32,000 nucleotides of DNA, taken from positions 1-32,000 of the forward strand of contig JADGIF010000024.1 in the NCBI GenBank assembly GCA_018985225.1. The letters run 5' to 3'. This document shows positions 28,600 through 32,000 of this stretch, in pieces. A model generated the notes under the pieces. That model had not been told where the DNA came from. It searched no databases and worked only from the letters and a program-made list of their open reading frames with translations. A program made the position numbers and the translations under genes. Each line of letters begins with the position of its first letter. Positions within the stretch are counted from its first letter, which is position 1. The DNA comes from Amoeboradix gromovi X-113 (taxonomy: Eukaryota; Fungi; Sanchytriomycota).

Positions 28600-29810
28600 G
28601 TTACGAAATTAGGAAAACGTATTAAAACAAATGTCTCAAAAAATAAAGCTAATCAGTTATATTTATCACCTGTGCTCCAGGAGAATACCCGTTATGACCA
28701 GTTATTGTTCGGCATCATGCAGGGTTTCCTTATTTCTCTGGAAGTCTTGTATCCTTAAGATTCTTTGACACGCATTTGCATCTATATCCGCGAATACATC
28801 TGAGTGGATTCACTGAAATAATCTTGGACCTTTCACGGTACCGCCTGATACTCTTACACTGCCCATCATTCCTGTGACAGCTGCAACGGTCTTTCTATTT
28901 TATATACTCAGAAATAACCAGGGTAGAGACTTTCTACTAGGAGCATTCTGCATTTTCCTATTTGACACACTACGAGCTCTCTATTCGCCGTAAGTATAAC
29001 AGTCATTACAATTGTAAACTGTGTTCTAGTTACGCCCCTCGTTCTTTATTTTGTCCATAACCTGTAGTAATCATCGTATTTCACATTCGTGGCTTAAAGA
29101 CTTTATAGATCTGCTTCTGTATATCAGATCCGTTACTTTGTGGTCAAATTTGGAATCGTCAAAAGCGGCATTACTAACTTCTATCCTGCCTTATCTGGAT
29201 CTCTACAACTTAAAGTATACATGTTTACATTAATTCATAATTGATTGTGGTTTTGCAATCCACAAAGATTGGCTCTAGCGCATAGCTTGCTCTAACTATT
29301 TCTTTAGCCCATTCCTCTTTGTTATCAAATGTGTGGAACACTCTCGGGTATCTTAAGCGTCCTTTTAACAGGATATTGCACAATGTATTGATACAATATT
29401 CTCTTCCACGCAGTGAATATCTGCTAAACGCCTAAAACTGCTATTGCGATACTAATGTGCTTAAAGGTATTCTGTTATACACAGACCCGTAGAACCGCTT
29501 TATGATTTTGATACCTATTACAGGCTGACTTATACTTTACAGGCAACCCATTCTATAAAATGTGAACTTGTCATTAGGACATTGCTCTCCTCTTTTGGTA
29601 GACTTAAATGGTAGCAATATCTGGATCTAACGGAAAGTTTTTCGCGTGTTTGATGAATACATTTTTGTTTCTTTTTTGTCAACCCATTTACACCCCCAGT
29701 CTACGTTTCTTGGAGACTGTCACATTGTTTTGAAAAACTAGAAATCTAGTTACGTTTGAATTAAATACACGAGTTATGTGCGTTACATATGAATCTTGAA
29801 ATCAAGAAGT

Positions 29811-30841
29811 TTATTCAAACTCTAGAGGGATACCCTCTTTTGGGTACATCCAATCGAACCTATCCTTGATTGCTCCATTTTGAATATCAACTATTGTGTT
29901 ATATAATTCTAGCAATTTTGGATGTAACTGGTCCCCATATTTGAACGTCTCATTAGTTACTGAGTGATCTATTTGACTAATTGCAGTAATGACAACTAAA
30001 TGAGCTAAAATATACCTGCTGTTCCAACAGCTCCAACAGCTTCGAATTCCGACAGTTCCTTGTATGGTATATTTCTATTTTGAACAGTTAGGCCCATCAT
30101 TTTTTCTGCAATTTCACAAATTGATAATCGAGTTATTGATTGCAGGATAGAATGACTGGCCGGTGTTGACAACACATTTCCTTTGATTCCGATAAAGTTA
30201 GAGGTTGCAAACTCTTCAATGTTCTTTTTCTCCAATGGATCTAGATACAAAGTAATGGGGTATCCTTTGCTCTTGGCCTCACGAGCTGGTTTTAATGTTG
30301 GAGCATAGTTTCCAGCGAGTTTGGCATTTCCAGTTCCTTTCGGTGCAGCTCTGTCTAGGTCCACTATTAGTGCGCGCACTGGATTGATCCCGTTTGCATA
30401 ATAGTTACCGACTGGAATTGCAAATACAAGAAAAGTGTACTCACTACTTTCATGTAATCCCAATTGAGCACCAGATCCAAACAACAATGGTCTTATGTAC
30501 ATGCTAGGTTCACCTTTCAGGCAGTCCTTGTTTCTATCTAAGCAAACTGTTATAGCTTCAAGAAACAGATCAATTGGTGGACATTCCATGGAAGAAGCAA
30601 TAGCTGACAGTTGCATTCTTTTATGGTTCTCGTGTGGTCTAAAGCATCTTAAGACATTGCCTTGTTTGAATGCTTTTAATCCTTCAAATGCAGCTTGTCC
30701 ATAATGTAAGCCAGAACTAGCTATGTGAATGTTCATGGTGAAGTTATCCTTTTCCTTGGCATGATATTCTAGTAATGACCACTTTTCATTTTTAAATACC
30801 GCAGAGACATATCCATTTGTATCTTTCCATCCAAATGACAT
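29811..30841 (-). CDS. branched-chain amino acid aminotransferase, join(30016..30841, 29811..29995), 336 aa
   Basis: LHYGQAAFEGLKAF, YIRPLLFG, RAAPKGTGNAKLAGNY (PLP lysine), ILQSITR. Splicing restores GTAVVIT and the C-terminus IQNGAIKDRFDW. Confidence 0.95.
29996..30015 (-). other. 20-nt spliceosomal intron in BCAT (GTATATTTTAGCTCATTTAG)
   Basis: GT..AG, phase 1, with an in-frame TAG. Removal gives the conserved GTAVVIT motif and an open frame to TAA at 29811. Confidence 0.85.
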
Positions 30842-31705
30842 TTTAAAACAGGGATAACAAGACAATCACGAGACATGGTCAATAAAGCAAAGCATACTTA
30901 AAGGATGATGCCAAGAAGAAAAGAGACATTTGTTTAAAAAGTGTATAAAGGCGATGAAGAAGATGCCAAACCCATGATACACACAAGACCTATTAAACTA
31001 TTCTACACACTAAATCAATCACAAACCCTGATAAAGTTATAAAATTTGCCAATGGCAGAGACTAAAATTCTTAAAAAAACAGCTGCCAAATTATTGGCAA
31101 TCTAAATTTGGCAACGGGGACACCTGTCAGACAGATACGGCTATGGGCTTTGATTTAATACATCGTTTGTCGCAATTAAGTGGATTCCATCTCTCACACA
31201 GAATTCATAACTGTAATATCACAGTAGGACAAAACTCGATGTTCTTCATTTTTATTGATGACAAGCGCATCCTAGTATTCCCAGCCAGAATGTATGATAT
31301 CATAAGCATCGCCAAGCAATACAGAGTAGTTCTTTTGCATGCAGAAGTGGCCGAATGTAAGGACGCATATAGTACTAAAAGGTATAGAATTCTAAAGAAA
31401 CATGTGTCTAAAAACTTCATTTAAGAGTAGGCACAATACAATTTGGTTAGATATGTCTAAAACTTACTCCGATTCAGTCTCACCTCAATGCAGTGAAAGC
31501 GTAAGAGACCGCTAAGGAATCGTAGTTAATTGCTCGGTCTGGCCCAGTTCTGAAATTTGAGAAACGATTTATGATATTTTTGAGTAGCAGTGTCTCAAAT
31601 TGATTTAACGCTAAAGAAAGTTATCGTAAAGCTGCTGGCTTGCGTAAAATAGTGTCACAAAGTATCGAGTAGTATATAGTTCAAAACTTGAGGCAAATTC
31701 ATTTA

Positions 31706-32000
31706 CTAGTAGTCTCTGCTCTGTCTCATTATGGCTTCTGTTAATGTCTTCACTCTATCGTGGCTTTGTCTTGCTGTTTCTGTTAATTGCAATAGCTTTT
31801 TGATCCCAATGCTAAACTTGTGATCCATGTTGTATTGCATTGGTACTCCGCTAATCTGCAATTCCTCTAAAACCCGCTGTAGCTCCAACTCATTTAGCAG
31901 TTTTACCTGTTGTAACACTAATTCTACTGATGGTAAATCGTATAATGGCGCCACGTTTATCTCGCTCGTAAATGCCTCCAACATATCCATTTGTTGCAAT
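31706..32000 (-). CDS. C-terminal part of a hypothetical helical protein (truncated by window edge)
   Basis: The frame is open to the window end with coiled-coil-like composition. Family not recognised. Confidence 0.55.
   Translation of the reverse strand, partial: LQQMDMLEAFTSEINVAPLYDLPSVELVLQQVKLLNELELQRVLEELQISGVPMQYNMDHKFSIGIKKLLQLTETARQSHDRVKTLTEAIMRQSRDY

Noticed and set aside
30119-30129. 11-nt match (AATTGATAATC) between the copy-1 predicted guide and the BCAT locus
   Set aside because: Too short and AT-rich to exceed chance.

Overview
AT-rich, very gene-dense eukaryotic nuclear DNA, most likely from an early-diverging fungus with a reduced genome. This is inferred from the fungal-type Mim1 and GT71 mannosyltransferase, the DMXL-like Rav1, the standard genetic code and intergenic gaps as short as 3-60 bp. 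Housekeeping genes recognised: CSN2, a WRN-like exonuclease, MRD1, MIM1, a GT71 mannosyltransferase, SPF1 (P5A-ATPase), U1-70K, RAV1, FHIP/FAM160, UTP21, DPH6, NCS2, a RanBD protein and BCAT. Three things absent from the ORF track stand out. (1) Four copies of a TIR-bounded element keep about 190-200 nt of the 3' end of a TnpB/Fanzor-like gene (CxxC plus a RuvC-III-like 'ERD' motif) running into a 30-bp TIR. This is a candidate Fanzor/omegaRNA system, with one complete 348-bp 'ghost' element and one copy whose frame is open through the left window edge. (2) Three ultra-short spliceosomal introns of 19, 20 and 21 nt share a fused branch point/3' splice site. (3) A pair of 58-aa paralogous microproteins each has an upstream CACGTG box. 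Weaker candidates are a minimal U1-like snRNA and a TGCCAA motif cluster. All calls come from reading motifs by eye; no searches were run.
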